Source of the DNA: Orbicella franksi
Taxonomy: Eukaryota
DNA length: 64,000 bases
NCBI GenBank assembly: GCA_964199315.1
Contig: OZ116708.1
Location: 6,448,001 to 6,512,000, forward strand
Direction: 5' to 3'
Shown piece after piece: positions 1 to 13,026 of the stretch. The translations under genes were made by a program, and so were the position numbers. The notes under the pieces are model-generated. The model was not told the origin of the DNA. It was given only the letters and a program-made list of their open reading frames with translations, and did no database searches. Numbering within the stretch: the first letter of the stretch is position 1; each line of letters begins with the position of its first letter.

Positions 1-488
1 GCTTTCTAAAGGTAATTTGGACACTCCCGTTAGGGGGCCTTGATAATTGGATAACTCATTTTATTTCAAAATTCTTGGTGTCGTTTGATAACCAGCTCTA
101 TAAGCTTTAATTTGATATAGGGGTTAGGTATCTACAGCACAGTGTAAAAGGGGAGCATTACTTCTCTTGGATGCGAAACATCTATACGGTAACCTTAAAC
201 CATGAACTTATTGCTTCCTTCCATTTTTTGTGGAACAATTTATGACACAGCCACCTTTATAGCGGAGCTCCCAGCGGCTGCCGCCAAGCGGAGCCCCATA
301 ACTATAGAAACAGAACCACGTGCACGCGAACAAATAGAAAACCACAGAACTATTTTTTCATGGTCAACATGTCTAGCAGTGTGGATCATGGTGGGTGCGC
401 CCAACAAAGCCAATGCCGCAGAACATGGCGGCCATAGTTTAATCATACATGTATGATATTGGACATCCATGTCATGGTCAATTGACAG

Positions 489-519
<31 letters not shown>

Positions 520-647
520 TATGTGACCATATCATGGCTCAGGTTAAGAGCTCATCAAGGTCACATGTTTTTTAAAAAGTTGACCGCTGACAAAGTACCG
601 GTTTTCTATTGGATCGTGGGCTCAAGCTAGGTTAACTTGTTGATCAG

Positions 648-824
648 GGCCGGGTTGTTCAGAAGGTATACTAATGTTTTTCACTGCTTATGTTTAATGT
701 AGTTTGAGATTATTGAAACTCAAAACAGATGGCCAGACATTATAAACAGAAAAGCTCAACGCAAAGTTACAAAACTCACATTAAAATCCTGGGTTAGCTT
801 ACTCGGGCTTTAAGCAACCCGGCC
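648..824. mobile_element. MITE (PIF/Harbinger-like)
   Basis: TIR ggccgggttg...caacccggcc with cag direct repeat on both sides; no ORF. Confidence 0.7.
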
Positions 825-2529
825 CAGGAGCTCCACTTTTAAGCTTGGCTAAATCTAAATATTACAATGTTTACAATTGACTCAGTGGTGGCGTGAATTT
901 GTACATGTATTTTGTAACATAAACGTGCATTGCTATTTGCCGTCATGCTGTACATCCATCAATAGTTCAGTTTTTTCTTCATAAAATATGCTATTAATAC
1001 TGTCTACCTTTTAAAAAATACTGGAATTCTACATAGCCTTAAGACACTTCCCAAAAGTGACTGTAAAAAGATACAGTTAAAGGTATGACAGCTGTACAGT
1101 ATTAAGAACAGCATACAGGAATATAATGAGATCCATTCCCTACTGCAAAATTGCAACATTGCAACATTCACAATGAAAAAATCCCCCTGGCATTAATGGT
1201 AAATATAACACTTTGTGGATAAACACTTACAGCATGTAGGCTGCCATTAATAATCTTATAATTCAACTTCTATAATTGATGTGTTTTTTTTTTTCTCCAC
1301 GAAGATTGTGGACTACAGGGACTGTTAACTACTGGGTGACCTCATCAAATATATAATTTTGTAATGAAATTATGTCAAAAATTAATCAGTAAGCTATAAG
1401 TAAGGTATACCATCTAGACATATTTTGCCTTCACTACTTGTAGACAACTGAACACACTCGGAGGTTTTGATGCATATGTGCATTTGGTCAGCCAAATCCA
1501 AGATGTGTTTAATTAAGACATCAGTAAAATTACAGCTAAATGGATAAAAAATATATCCTACATGCACCAAAGTTGAACACGTAAACCCCCTCAAACAATT
1601 GAAAAACAGGGTCCGTGTATCCCCAAATGCAGTGGCACCAATGGAATCATCTCCTTGTAGAGCTTTCTATGCATGCAGGGTCATTGATTGATGAAGAAAA
1701 AATAGTTCATGTTCATGTGCAAAAGGGGAATATGGAGGTGCTATTAGCAATTTACCACGTTTCAGAAGAGTGTATGGATTTAGTATTTTGGAAAATTATG
1801 TTCCATACTTGCTGCATCAGCAAACCTAGTGTAATATTAATCATCCACTCGACATTTCAACAACAACAACAAAACCGAGGAAAACTACATAATCACAATA
1901 TGCATATCACTACACCTGAATCAAACGAAGGATGCCAGAAATGTTACAGAAAATTCGTTTAAGATTGATTATCATTCCAGTTAAAGCGAACAAATGCATT
2001 TAGAAGCCACAAAACGTCCAAAATCTCAAAGACTTGCGGTGTTCAATTTTAATAATTATTCGCGCCAAAGCGTAATTTGAATATTATTTTTGCCGACGGC
2101 TTTGTAGTCCTTTTTTCGGCCGTAACTTTACCAGTCTTTTACCAATAACCTTAAAAGAAATTCAGCCAAACATTTCACTAAACCCAATAAATTAAACAAC
2201 CAAAACGAGGAAGTCTCCATAATTTGTAAACGCAATATGCATGACAACATTCGAGCGTCAAAAGCTGTCAAGGAGAGCAAACGATGGTTTTCCTTCTTCC
2301 AAAGGTAAACAGAAGAAGAAATTATAGCAGTCTACAAAGCGGCTGTCCTTACTAACACAAAGAAAACTTTAAAACTCGCCAGGCAGTATTTACAAATACA
2401 GTTTTATTACTTTTAGACGTGAGGTTATCGGTATACGGCGAAAAACGACAGAAAACTAAGCTTGTTTGTTTACCCATGGTGCTTCGCTGGCGCGCTTCGC
2501 GCACTGAAGCTCCGCTACAAAAGCTGTAT

Positions 2530-3530
2530 ATTTGGCTCACTTCAAATAAATTAAGTCATATCATCAAAAAGTCTAATTTTGTCATGTTTCGCCCCCACCA
2601 GAAACAAATCTACCCTTTCAACCAAAAATATGTATATTTGACAATGAGAAGAATATGAATGTTCTTTTTGACTGCAAATATTATGTCAAGTACCTAGGAG
2701 TGTTACTTGATTACAATCTTTCTTGGAAGAACCTTATTGAATACGTTGCTTTAAAAAGAAGTAAAACTATAGGTATTATTTCGAAAATACGACACTTTGG
2801 CCCCTTTCGCACTCTGCCAAATATTTACCAATCCTTAATTTCTCCCTACATTACCTACGGATTATCTGTTTTGGGTCAGGCTTGTAAGTCTCGCCTAAAC
2901 AAAATATTATTGTTACAGAAACGAGCCCTGCGTTTTAAGTGTTATTTATTAAGACTAAACTTCTACCCATACGTCCACTCATTATATTATAGACGTTTGT
3001 CGGAATCAATGAATGATGTCAATACTGCCTCAGCGCCAATTAAATTACGTAGTTTATTTATGAAAATATCTGACGTCCATTCTTACAAAACCCGCTACTC
3101 TACCTCAAGTAACTTTTCCATAAACTACACAAAAATTCATTCTCCAGAATCGGTGGCAGACTATTGAACGAGATACCACGCATATAAGAGAGCTACCAAA
3201 AAAAGTATTTCAAAGTTAGAACTAAAAATCAATTACTAAGTATGCTCCAGAAAGAAAATGCTTTTCTTTGATACACCGGATTAATCATAAACTGAAATCT
3301 TTTAAGTGACTACATGAATCAATGTCCTCTCTCATTATTCTCCCCTGATTTTATTTTAATAGTGTCTTAATATGCAGAAACGATAAAAGTATTAACTACA
3401 TATTTAATCTTGAATTAATTGTTATTATTGTAATTTAATTAATCTAGTTATAGGTACAAGCGTTTAATGGCACGCCTAGATTAGGACATGCTATCCGCGG
3501 GCCAAATAACATGTAATTTTAAAATAAAGG
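2530..3530 (+). mobile_element. 5'-truncated, frameshifted L2/CR1-group LINE (RT C-terminus plus 3' UTR)
   Basis: Translations IWLTSNKLSHIIKKSNFVMFRP and VKYLGVLLDYNLSWKN...KTIGIISKIRHF...YGLSVLGQ...LQKRALR match the end of a non-LTR RT; 3' limit approximate. Confidence 0.8.
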
Positions 3531-3680
3531 AATATAAAAATTTTTCTCGTTGTTGTGCGCTCCTATGCACAGTTAAAGAATGAAGTTTATTGTTATCAGA
3601 TCAAGGAATGTTTACTGGATGTTAGACTGTACCTATATGCCCATTACAAACATAACAACAAATAAGGCAGAGTCACTTAC

Positions 3681-3956
3681 GTTCGCAGCTTTTTTGATTC
3701 CCTGAAAGATGATAACCAGGAAAGCAGCTACATCGAGAAGAACCACCATAGCTCTTACAAATCTGGTCACATCCTCCGTTGCCAGGGATACATCCATTGC
3801 ATTCTGTCTTCTGATTACTACTTCCGCTGCAGGAACGCCCCCCGCATTTTGGGGAAGGACTATCACATTTGCGATACCGGGTCTTGTACCCATTTGAGCA
3901 CTGAGTTTGGGCCCAGCTTGATGGCTGCCATGAACCCCATTTGCCATGTACTGGCG
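3681..3956 (-). CDS. Gene A exon 2: TSP1 + EGF-like
   Basis: Frame not in ORF track: PVHGKWGSWQPSSWAQTQCSNGYKTRYRKCDSPSPKCGGRSCSG...CIPGNGGCDQICKSYGGSSRCSCFPGYHLSGNQKSCE; ctag acceptor, gtaagt donor. Confidence 0.85.
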
Positions 3957-6900
3957 CTAGAAATTTAAAATAATGATGACGATGATGGTGATGATGATGA
4001 TGATGATGATGATGAAGATGATGATAATAGAAATAGTAATAGAAACAGTAACCGTAAAAGTAATTAACAGTAACAGTAACAGTTATAGTAATAGTAATAA
4101 TAACAATTGTACAATTATATAATCAATGTTTAGATCGTTGCTTTTAACGGCAGCCCGACAATACCAGTAAAGATACATTGCATGAACGAAATTATTTGAA
4201 ATCAAGATGAGATGCATCCCCGGAATCCCAGGGGCAACTAATCGGGACAATGCGATACTTTCAGACGATAGTCTACATCCCGCTCTTGATGTAAACTTTC
4301 ACCCGAAAATATCGCGTCTCCCGAAAATATCGTATCTTCCCGACTAGCAGCCCCTGGGCCTTCGAGGATTAATGAGATATATTGTAAATATATTTAGACC
4401 AAGCTCTGTGGTGACCCACGCTTCACAGTCTTTCTCGATCTTTCCATGTCCTTTTGTCTTTTTTGTTTTTGGTTTATGTTTTTCTTTTTTTTTTCTTTTT
4501 TTTTTTAATACGGTTTCTGATATTTTAAGACTGAAAAATATGACTAGAGCACGGGAGGAAGTAAAATGTGCGCTGCTACATCAAAGACGGGTTTTAGACT
4601 GTGCTGTCTTTATTTTGGCACAGGCCTTTGAACACAATTTGCTTCGAAGGTACCATGCTCACTGGGGCCCCATCGAAGCGATACGTTTTGCAATGAATTG
4701 TTCTCTAATCGAAAATTTAGCCTAAGCTTTACGTCTCCACTGTAAGACGCTGATACGCTAAGAGAAATCTCAATATCCGTTATTTATGCATTGCTTGTGT
4801 TGAAAATGATGTGAGCGTTTTTAAAAGCCTTCGTATTCGATTCACTGTTCACATTTATATGATAGGGCTTTGTTTGTTAATCGCTCCACTCACGAAAACA
4901 ATTTTCGATTTGAAACGGTGAGCATCATAAAATGAAACGAACAAGGCAAAAAAACGCTAAGGGAACGCATGCTTGCTTTTACGTATGTCTGTTGAGAACG
5001 AATCCATTTTGATCTAGATCATAGTCTCTTTAAAGTGCAATAAACCATGCAATGAAACATTGCAGCAAATTTATGACATTAATCATTCTAATGAATTATT
5101 CGATCATGTCACTGGGTACCCGAACACTGTTCAGCATTATCATAATCATTTAAAGTAAAGATAATGTCATTTACTCGTGTTCTCCTGTCTTGTTGAGTGC
5201 CCTGAGTGTCTTGAGTCGTTTAGATGAGATTTGAGAAGAAGTGACGGCAGTTTACATTTCATATATCATCTTTAATTGTCTGCCGCTTTGTAAATATAAA
5301 GCTCCGATTACGTCTCGAGTTTTCATTATCGCTGTCAACTATTAACTCTAATTTCTCCCTGGATGATAGTGATGGCAGTGAAAGCTCGAGAAGTAGTCGA
5401 TACTTTATATTTACAAAGCGACAGGCAATATATTTTTACCTTCGCTTCTATTCAAATCCGCCTCCTTAGCGACTCAAAAAGGCAAAGCGACACAGATAAA
5501 TAACGGTGTAAATAGTATTGATTATGTTATTGCTGAGACAGTGTTCTATTCCTCTGTGGTCACGTGACTTGGCGTTTTTAATGCAGCTACATTATAAAAA
5601 GAGGTTTCACCGCAATATGTCCAAAGCTTTGAGCGTCTCTCAGTTGTTTAGTGAAGGCAAAATTTGGTGCTTTTTAAAGGTTAAATCTCAAACTCGTTAA
5701 TAATGCATCAAGAGTTTAAACAAAGGAAATCATGACCTGGACGGTGTTTCGATATCTGATCTCAATTAGCATGGATTTGTGTGATTTTAATTTCTCGTTT
5801 TCCCTTAGTTTTAGTTTCGGGTGAGAAGATGTGTCAAACCCTTAAAACCATGTTTGACCACATGTCCAAACACCTCGAAGTACGTTACGCGTCGTATTTT
5901 CAACTCTGTTCTCGCCGTTTGGAAATGCGGTCAACTGGGAGGCGGTCATTAGTGTTTGATATATTATAACATAACTGACTTAGAGAGATTTTGGATTTTA
6001 TAGCGATTCATTTGATATAGAGATTTTTATTTTTACATTTTAGCAGTTTTTGCTATTTTTAAAAACAATTTTGGAACATGAAAGCGAGCTCTTTTGGCTG
6101 GCAGAACTATTTTCAGTGGCAGTTTTGCCCACAGGATACCGGGACAAAAATATAATTTGTCGAATGCCTGTTCGTGGTGAAGGATTATAAAATGAAAATC
6201 TGCCGAATACAAACTAGCTGAATTTCGTGCATCATGTTGCGATGATAAAATTTTGTCCTCACAACAGTTTTTTTTTTTTTTTTTTGTCGTTGTTTTTCGC
6301 TAAAAGGAAGCATTTCACATAAAGAAAACGGTTGCTGCAATATGTGCCTGCTTCATGTTCCGCAACACGGCCTATAATTTGCTTGGACTCCCTTCTTTTG
6401 TAGACATTAAAAAACAGGAATCGGAAACACTCTTCTTTCTTGCGTTGGACTTGATATCGCACAACCTGCAGAAACTGAAGTTCAGTTGTATTCGTTCTTT
6501 TTATTCCCACTTTTCGAGCTTTTCGCGGAGTAGCATGCATTTCCATGCTAAGATATAAACCTCGTGATATTGCTAATGTTTCACACTTCAGTAACATTGA
6601 TTCGACTCGCGCAAGAAATCATTCATGCCGAGAAGCTCGCACTAGTTTTTGATCGGTGAACGAATTGACAGTAATAGATGGTTGGTGAAATCGGATTACA
6701 AGTAAATTGGTGGGTAATTATGCGGAAAGCCCACTACCTAAATCTGGCGCTCCTTCCCCTTCTTTCCCACGCCAGTATCTTGCACTAGCAACGTTCCTCA
6801 CATGGACAAGCTCGGATGATTATTGAATAATGTGACACTTACAGAAAGTGATACTAATTTAGATTTCTCGGAAATGCCGGAATCCGAATGGTTCTCAACT

Positions 6901-7985
6901 TGCACAAACGGCACAAAGTGGCTAATTAACAACTTCGATCTACTTTTGAGATTTATATAGGCAAAAATTAAAGTTCTGTATAAAGAAGAGTGTTGGATTT
7001 TCACACTATCGATCGCCAGTTGACGATTTGTTTCGTTGTTGTGTATATTACGAACGTTCCTCACTCAAAACCCGGCGGAATTGCAATGAATTTCAAACAC
7101 CCTTAGACGAAAAGGGCCTCGTTTACTTTTAAGCCTTGGTCAAACGGTGCATGATAGGCGATCGTAGTTGAATGATTCTCCCCGAATTTTCACCGACTAT
7201 CATCAACTATCATCGACTATCATGCACCGTTTGACCAAGGCTTTACAGCTGCTGGTCATAATAGGTCAATACTGGGTGATAATTCTGCTCGTGTTGGGTT
7301 ACAAAATCGTTTATAACCAGGCTGTATATCCTAATCACAAATATCTCCTGCGATTGCCATTTATGGGACAGCTGATCAGGGCTAACTTTTTCATCACTGA
7401 ACACCTCCAAGCCGGAATACTGATCAATACGGGACCAAATTTACTGCCAAAACGTGGCAATCAATGTGATGTCATTTGGTGGCTTACATTACATCTTATT
7501 TAATGTTCCTTGTAGCCCAATCGAGACCCTTTCCTTTATGTTTCTGGATACAATAAATAATTTAAACACATACAGTGCAGTACAATAAAATATCAATCAG
7601 GAGCAGGGTTGGCACAGTGGTGAGAGAGCTCGCCTCCCAACAAAGTTGCCCTTGATCGATTCAGGACCGATGCCATATGTGGGTTGAGTTTGTTATCGGT
7701 TCTGGCCTTCGGCTCCGAAAGTTTTTTCTCTGGGTTCTCTGGTTTTCCTCCCTCCACAAAAACCAACATCTCAAAATTCCAACTAGGATGAAGGACGCAC
7801 GTGAATACTATAAGCTAAGGCTGATGTGGCTTTCTCCCTGAATATTGTAATTGATTGAAGGAATAACAGGCATACTCACAAGAACCACCTCCACCTCCTT
7901 TTCCACACGCAATGACGCAATTCTGGTTGGTACCAATTGCTACTGCCGCTAAAACAAGAACGGTGAGCTTGACAAAAGAGCTCAT
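3681..7985 (-). CDS. Gene A: secreted protein, signal peptide + Gly linker + TSP1 + EGF (3' end unresolved)
   Basis: join(7985..7880,3956..3681); phase-1 junction T|CG gives MSSFVKLTVLVLAAVAIGTNQNCVIACGKGGGGGSSPVHGKWGSW... Confidence 0.8.
3975..4105. repeat. (GAT)n and (AGTAAC/AAT)n simple repeats
   Basis: Direct reading. Confidence 0.9.
4215..4369. mobile_element. MITE
   Basis: Imperfect ~30-bp TIRs catccccggaatcccaggggcaactaatcggga / tcccgactagcagcccctgggccttcgaggat. Confidence 0.6.
7132..7242. mobile_element. MITE with TTA TSD (PIF/Harbinger-like)
   Basis: Perfect 26-bp TIR agccttggtcaaacggtgcatgatag; tta on both flanks. Confidence 0.8.
7600..7855 (+). mobile_element. tRNA-derived SINE (degenerate) in gene A intron 1
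   Basis: ggagcagggttggcacagtggtgagagagctcgcc (A box), decayed B box, body atatgtgggttgagtttg...ttttcctccctccacaaaaaccaac. Confidence 0.7.
7880..7985 (-). CDS. Gene A exon 1: signal peptide
   Basis: ATG, hydrophobic LTVLVLAAVAIG, gtgagt donor in phase 1. Confidence 0.8.
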
Positions 7986-8058
7986 ATTTATTTCACGGAG
8001 CTTCGTGTAACTTGAAAGAGGAAATGGCACAACCGCTGCTAATTATGCTCCCTGGCTG

Positions 8059-8089
<31 letters not shown>

Positions 8090-9318
8090 GGGAAAAACCC
8101 CGAAGCGTAAAATGAGCTATAGATAAGTATAAGTTAAAAGTGAAATCTGTCATTACTGCACATTAAGTGTTTTTTCAAGGACGAAGAGTTTCGGTTTCCG
8201 AGCTTCCAAAAGTACAATAAAGGCGCTTTTCATCTGGATGATTCCGGGAACTTATCCAAAGAATGTAAGTAGATGTATGCAAGTTGGTATATTATCCTCG
8301 TTCTGAAAATCTACCTGGGTGAGTAAAAAGAGAGAATTTAAACTTAGTTTGTTGACGATTTTGCAGCTAAGGAACCCTTTACTTGGGATAGTAAAGATTA
8401 CGTTTCGCTGGTAAAGCACTTAATGGTTCTTGTTAAATTTGCATAGATAATTAAAGTTTCAAATACCAAATTCTAAATCAGCAAACCAAGTACGCAGGTG
8501 AACGACTCAAGTAGTTTAAGGCCTGGCTCAAAGGCTTTTACCGGTGAAAATAATTTATTAGTTATATTTCTGAAGGTATAAATGGCAATGGAACCAGATT
8601 TAGCACACAGTTAGGTTTTGACATCCTGAATATAACAAGAGATATAGCTACTCAACCAGAATTCCATATGGCACACAACCATAATTAGGATAGACTGGCG
8701 AGAAAAGTTACTGACGAAAACATTCCTTTAAATGACAAATGAATTTGTCTTGAGTAATGCTCTAGGCCAATACTGTACCGTCTCCTTTTTATGCATATTA
8801 AACATCAAGTCATGGTCCTATAGCTATTACTTTCTACCAAATCGTTGTTTCTTCCCCCTTTTTAACTCGATTCACTCAAAGAGCTGATATAATCTTGTTG
8901 AAACATCTGCTACAAAGCAGAACAATAGTTAAAGCCGAAGCTGAATTCTCGAAACACTTTCGGCACGCTGCTCTAGATAACCACGAAATTCATGACTAAT
9001 AATAATTCGATTTTTACCGAGCAGCACGTGGTTCATTAATAGCAATTTCATTAGCTACATTCTTGAATCGTAATATAACCTAATTACAGAAATAAAAGTT
9101 AAAAGACGAGTCTTTAAACCATAGAAGCCAAATATTCTTACCTCTGAACGATAGTCACAGATTACAACGTGAGCAGAATGTCTAAATTCCTCACGGTAAA
9201 ATCTTGGGCGAATACTAACGTTTGAGATTCAGGTGGGCTGCTTTTTGTCTCCGCGGTAATGTTGCAGTGATTATTCATTATTATTCTATAACAATACTAC
9301 CGTTGTTCTATACACCAG

Positions 9319-9519
9319 ACGCAAGTCTGATTTGTTGTGTGGGCGTTCTGCAAGATTTGCACTTTCTGTATCAACAGTCTATTCTGTAGAACTTGGTATG
9401 CTAATTTCTTCTATTTTCATTGTTGGCACAGGAACGTCTCTAGAAGATCATGAATGCTATCTTGTGGATATGTACGCTGTCCATGTTAACGCCACAGAAA
9501 AGTGCACAAGTATACCGGG
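9319..9519 (+). CDS. Putative 5' exon of gene B (hydrophobic stretch plus Cys-containing segment)
   Basis: ...FALSVSTVYSVELGMLISSIFIVGTGTSLEDHECYLVDMYAVHVNATEKCTSIPG then gtaagt; ends in phase 2, not directly compatible with exon 11087. Confidence 0.4.
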
Positions 9520-9837
9520 GTAAGTTAAATTATTACTTAAACTATTACTTAAATTAAAATATGAATAAGTAGTACAACTAGGAACCACGTCACCTAATTG
9601 TCTGAAATAAGAAAGACCAACATAACCCAGTAATATTCCTCCTTGAGATATTTGTTGGGTCTTTGTCCCTTTATTAGTGCGGAAATTCGTATGGGAATAA
9701 TGAATACTTTTTACTCACTTTGACCTGTTAATTTATATTACCCGTTGCATATCTGTCAGTAGATTCGAAACACAGGGCTGATTTGTTAAAAATTGGTGGC
9801 ACGTTTATCTTGCATTTGATTGATTACCCTTAGTTAA

Positions 9838-9928
9838 AGGAAACTGATTTCGTGCCACTAGAATATTGGGAATATTGTGAATGCTATCGTGTATTCACAA
9901 TATTCTAGTGGCGCGAAATCAGATTCCT
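9838..9928. mobile_element. Short palindromic MITE with TTAA TSD (Kolobok/piggyBac-like)
   Basis: ttaa|aggaaactgatttcgtgccactagaatattg...caatattctagtggcgcgaaatcagattcct|ttaa. Confidence 0.65.
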
Positions 9929-11086
9929 TTAAACTGCGAATTTATTTTCAATCGTAACAAATGATCGATGAAGCTACATACCTCTCAAAGTGACGTTGTT
10001 GTCGGCAACAATCGCTTAATTTAATCCGTTGACTAAACTTTGCTCAAGAAAATACCATTTTTTTCGAATTTAAAGGTACCGATCCTAGTTTTTCGAGCAT
10101 CTCAACTTTTTCTGTTCTTGTTTTTCTTTATTTTTCCAAGAATTGCTCAATCGAATTCTAAAGGGATGAACTGGTCTGCATCCGTTCAAGTCGTTGACAA
10201 ATAATGAAACACCCAGACACCCAAACTGACAATACTGGCTTTAGAAAACGAAATCATCGCAAAACGTCTAAGCGAATACTTACAGGGTGCATTGTACAAA
10301 ACGTTTTCGATCAAGTGCACTGCTCAATGAAGTGCATGCGATTAAAATCGACGTTACCGAATTTTCTTATACTTTCATGGCTTGAACATATACAAGCTTG
10401 ACCAAGAAAGATACGGGCATGCGACGGTATACGTGACGGTGACCGTTACAACAAGTTTGAAAAATAATCTGGCTGCACAAAAGCGTCGAGAATGTTGATG
10501 ACAGAGCAAAAAAATTGATAAGGAAAATTCGTGCATGTCGAAGTAAACAACGCTGCTACTAAAACTGTCTGACTTTACATATCGATACTTCATCTGTAGT
10601 TAAACTGAAAAAAGGCAAAGATTTGAAGGAAAACTAAGAGTAAAAGCGTTCATTCTCCTGTTTACTGCATAATATTGCGGAACTTGAAGTCTATTCGGTG
10701 GATTTCAAATTAAGCCGGGAATTGGAAGTCGCTCAAAATCACACATAAATAATTGTGTAAATGTGTCAAACTTGACCCAATCAACGAACACTGGCCACTT
10801 TTCCGGACAGTGACGACGTCAACAGACAGAATCAGTGGCTTAGTAGTTCAGAGGTTCATCTGAGCTAGGACTGCAATTCACGTAACAGTTCTTAGCAGTT
10901 TTTAACGTTCTGAAACTTCTTTGATCGCCTAAGATCGATTCCTTAACGTGTGTTTGGAATTTACTGAGACCCACAGTCAACGTGTCAAAACATAAGTGCC
11001 GCGTACTTACTAACCTAAGTCCATCTCTCTCCACTTATATGATAACGTTTGTTCCGTTCCTTTTTCTTCTCTCTCCCTGTTCTTAG

Positions 11087-11480
11087 CCACGTTATGCAGT
11101 CCACCTTGTTTACTGGTGACAAACACATCGGACATTGTTGCCATTAACTACACAACTGCAGCTGCTCATTCTATTATCTCGGGTCTAACCAGAGCTGTTG
11201 CCATAGATGTCCATTTTAGCTTGGGTTACATATTTTGGAGTGATGTAACAGAACAAAACATCAAACGCTTCCACATTGACGTAGCAAGCACGACGACAAT
11301 TGTCACTGGCATTGGAGTTTGTGATGGACTGGCGGTAGATTGGAGGACATCACAGCTGTACTGGACTGATACGACAAATGACAAAATATCGATATCAGAT
11401 CTTAATGGCAATAACCAACGCAGCCTCGTTTCCTCGGAACTGGAGGAACCCAGAGCAATAGCTCTGGACCTCGATAATGG
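11087..11480 (+). CDS. Gene B: YWTD propeller 1, first half
   Basis: IFWSD, CDGLAVDW, LYWTD, EPRAIALD; ttcttag acceptor, gtatgc donor. Confidence 0.9.
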
Positions 11481-11912
11481 GTATGCATTATTGTTATTAA
11501 TGTATCTTTTTAGAATTTATTTCTGGTTACAGAAGCTAAGATTTTTCTCGAACTAACAAACTTATGTCACTCCGCTCAATCACTTAAGAATCGGTAACTC
11601 GAATATCCTAAATTTATACAAGGGCGTGATTTCCTTTACCTTAGATGTAATAGGGTTATAAAAGATATGGTTATTTACTGATTTTAGGGGAAAAAAATAC
11701 AACACGTTGCTTTACCTGGATTATCTATGTTTTACAATTCTTTCCTTCGTTAAGCAATAACGAATTGCATATGTAGGATCATGATTATTGGTTCAACTTC
11801 TCTGGACATATTGATACGGAGTGAAATTTGTGTTCCTTCGCTGTTCTCGTATCATTCAGGACAATTGGAGGTGTGAGTTATATTTAGGGAATCTTTTGCT
11901 GACATGCAATTA

Positions 11913-11947
<35 letters not shown>

Positions 11948-12822
11948 CTTTCATTGAGGTTAATGATCTGGACTGACTGGGGAGTTAACCCTAAGATTGA
12001 AAGAGCTTCACTAACTGGAAATCAAAGGCTCGCCATTGTAACAACAGATCTTTCCTGGCCTAATGGTATTGACCTCGACAAAGGAAACAAACGAATATTT
12101 TGGGTGGATGCGGGAACTGACAAGGTCGAATCGGTCGATTACAATGGCAACGACAGAAAATTACTTTTTCAACAGAGTGGCTTACATCCGTTTGCAGTTG
12201 CATTAATTCCCCCTTTCTTATTTTTCACGGATTGGAATACGTATGACGAGTTTCACCAACTGGACGCCTCGACTGGGGAAGTGCTTCGAAGTTATAGCAT
12301 CAATGATGGGCAGCCTATGGGCATCGTACCGTACGACAGCTCACGACAACCAGCTGGTATTTAAAAGGAAATTTCATGTCATGAAAAGAGCTCGTCTATT
12401 TTGCAGTGATTGATAAACTGTCTGTCTGCCTGCCTGACCACCTGACTGACTGACTGACAGACTGACGGACTGACTGACTAATTCAGTGATTCGTTGATTG
12501 GATCGATTATATTGAAGTGATCGATAAACGGCCTGCCTGCCAGACTGACTGCCAGACTGACTGCCAGACTGACTGACTGACTGACTGACTGACGGACTGA
12601 CTAATTCACTGATTTGTTGATTGGGTCGATTATTTTGAAGTGATTGATAAACTGCCTGCCTGCCTGCCTGTCTGCCTGAATGACTGACTGACTGACTGAT
12701 TGACTATTTCACTGATTCGTTGATTGGGTCGATTGATTGATTTTTTGAATGACTGTTTGATTGATTGATTGATTGATTGATTAATTGATTAAATGATCGA
12801 TCGATCGATGAATATCAAGTTT

Positions 12823-12855
<33 letters not shown>

Positions 12856-12989
12856 GAATGGATGGATGGATGGATGGATTGTTTGTTTGGTTGGTTGGCT
12901 GGTTGGTTGTATATATTGATTGATTGACTGATCGATTAACTGATTGATTGATTAATTGACTGATTGATTGATTGATTGATTGATTGATC

Positions 12990-13026
<37 letters not shown>

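Noticed and set aside
202-470. Overlapping ORFs of 84 and 76 aa
   Set aside because: No domain; the region contains a GC-rich hairpin-type repeat (ggggctccgcttggcggc...ggagctccgctat) and looks non-coding.
1394-1962. ORFs as candidate third exon of gene A
   Set aside because: No phase-compatible exon with a recognisable domain in any frame I read; stops appear early.
10486-10505. TGT-TGA-TGA as selenocysteine recoding
   Set aside because: No SECIS evidence and exon status doubtful; decay is simpler.
10204-11000. PAN-like (HCSMKCMR) and LRR-like (RLRSIP.RVFG) snippets
   Set aside because: Short, interrupted by stops, no splice signals; could be chance.
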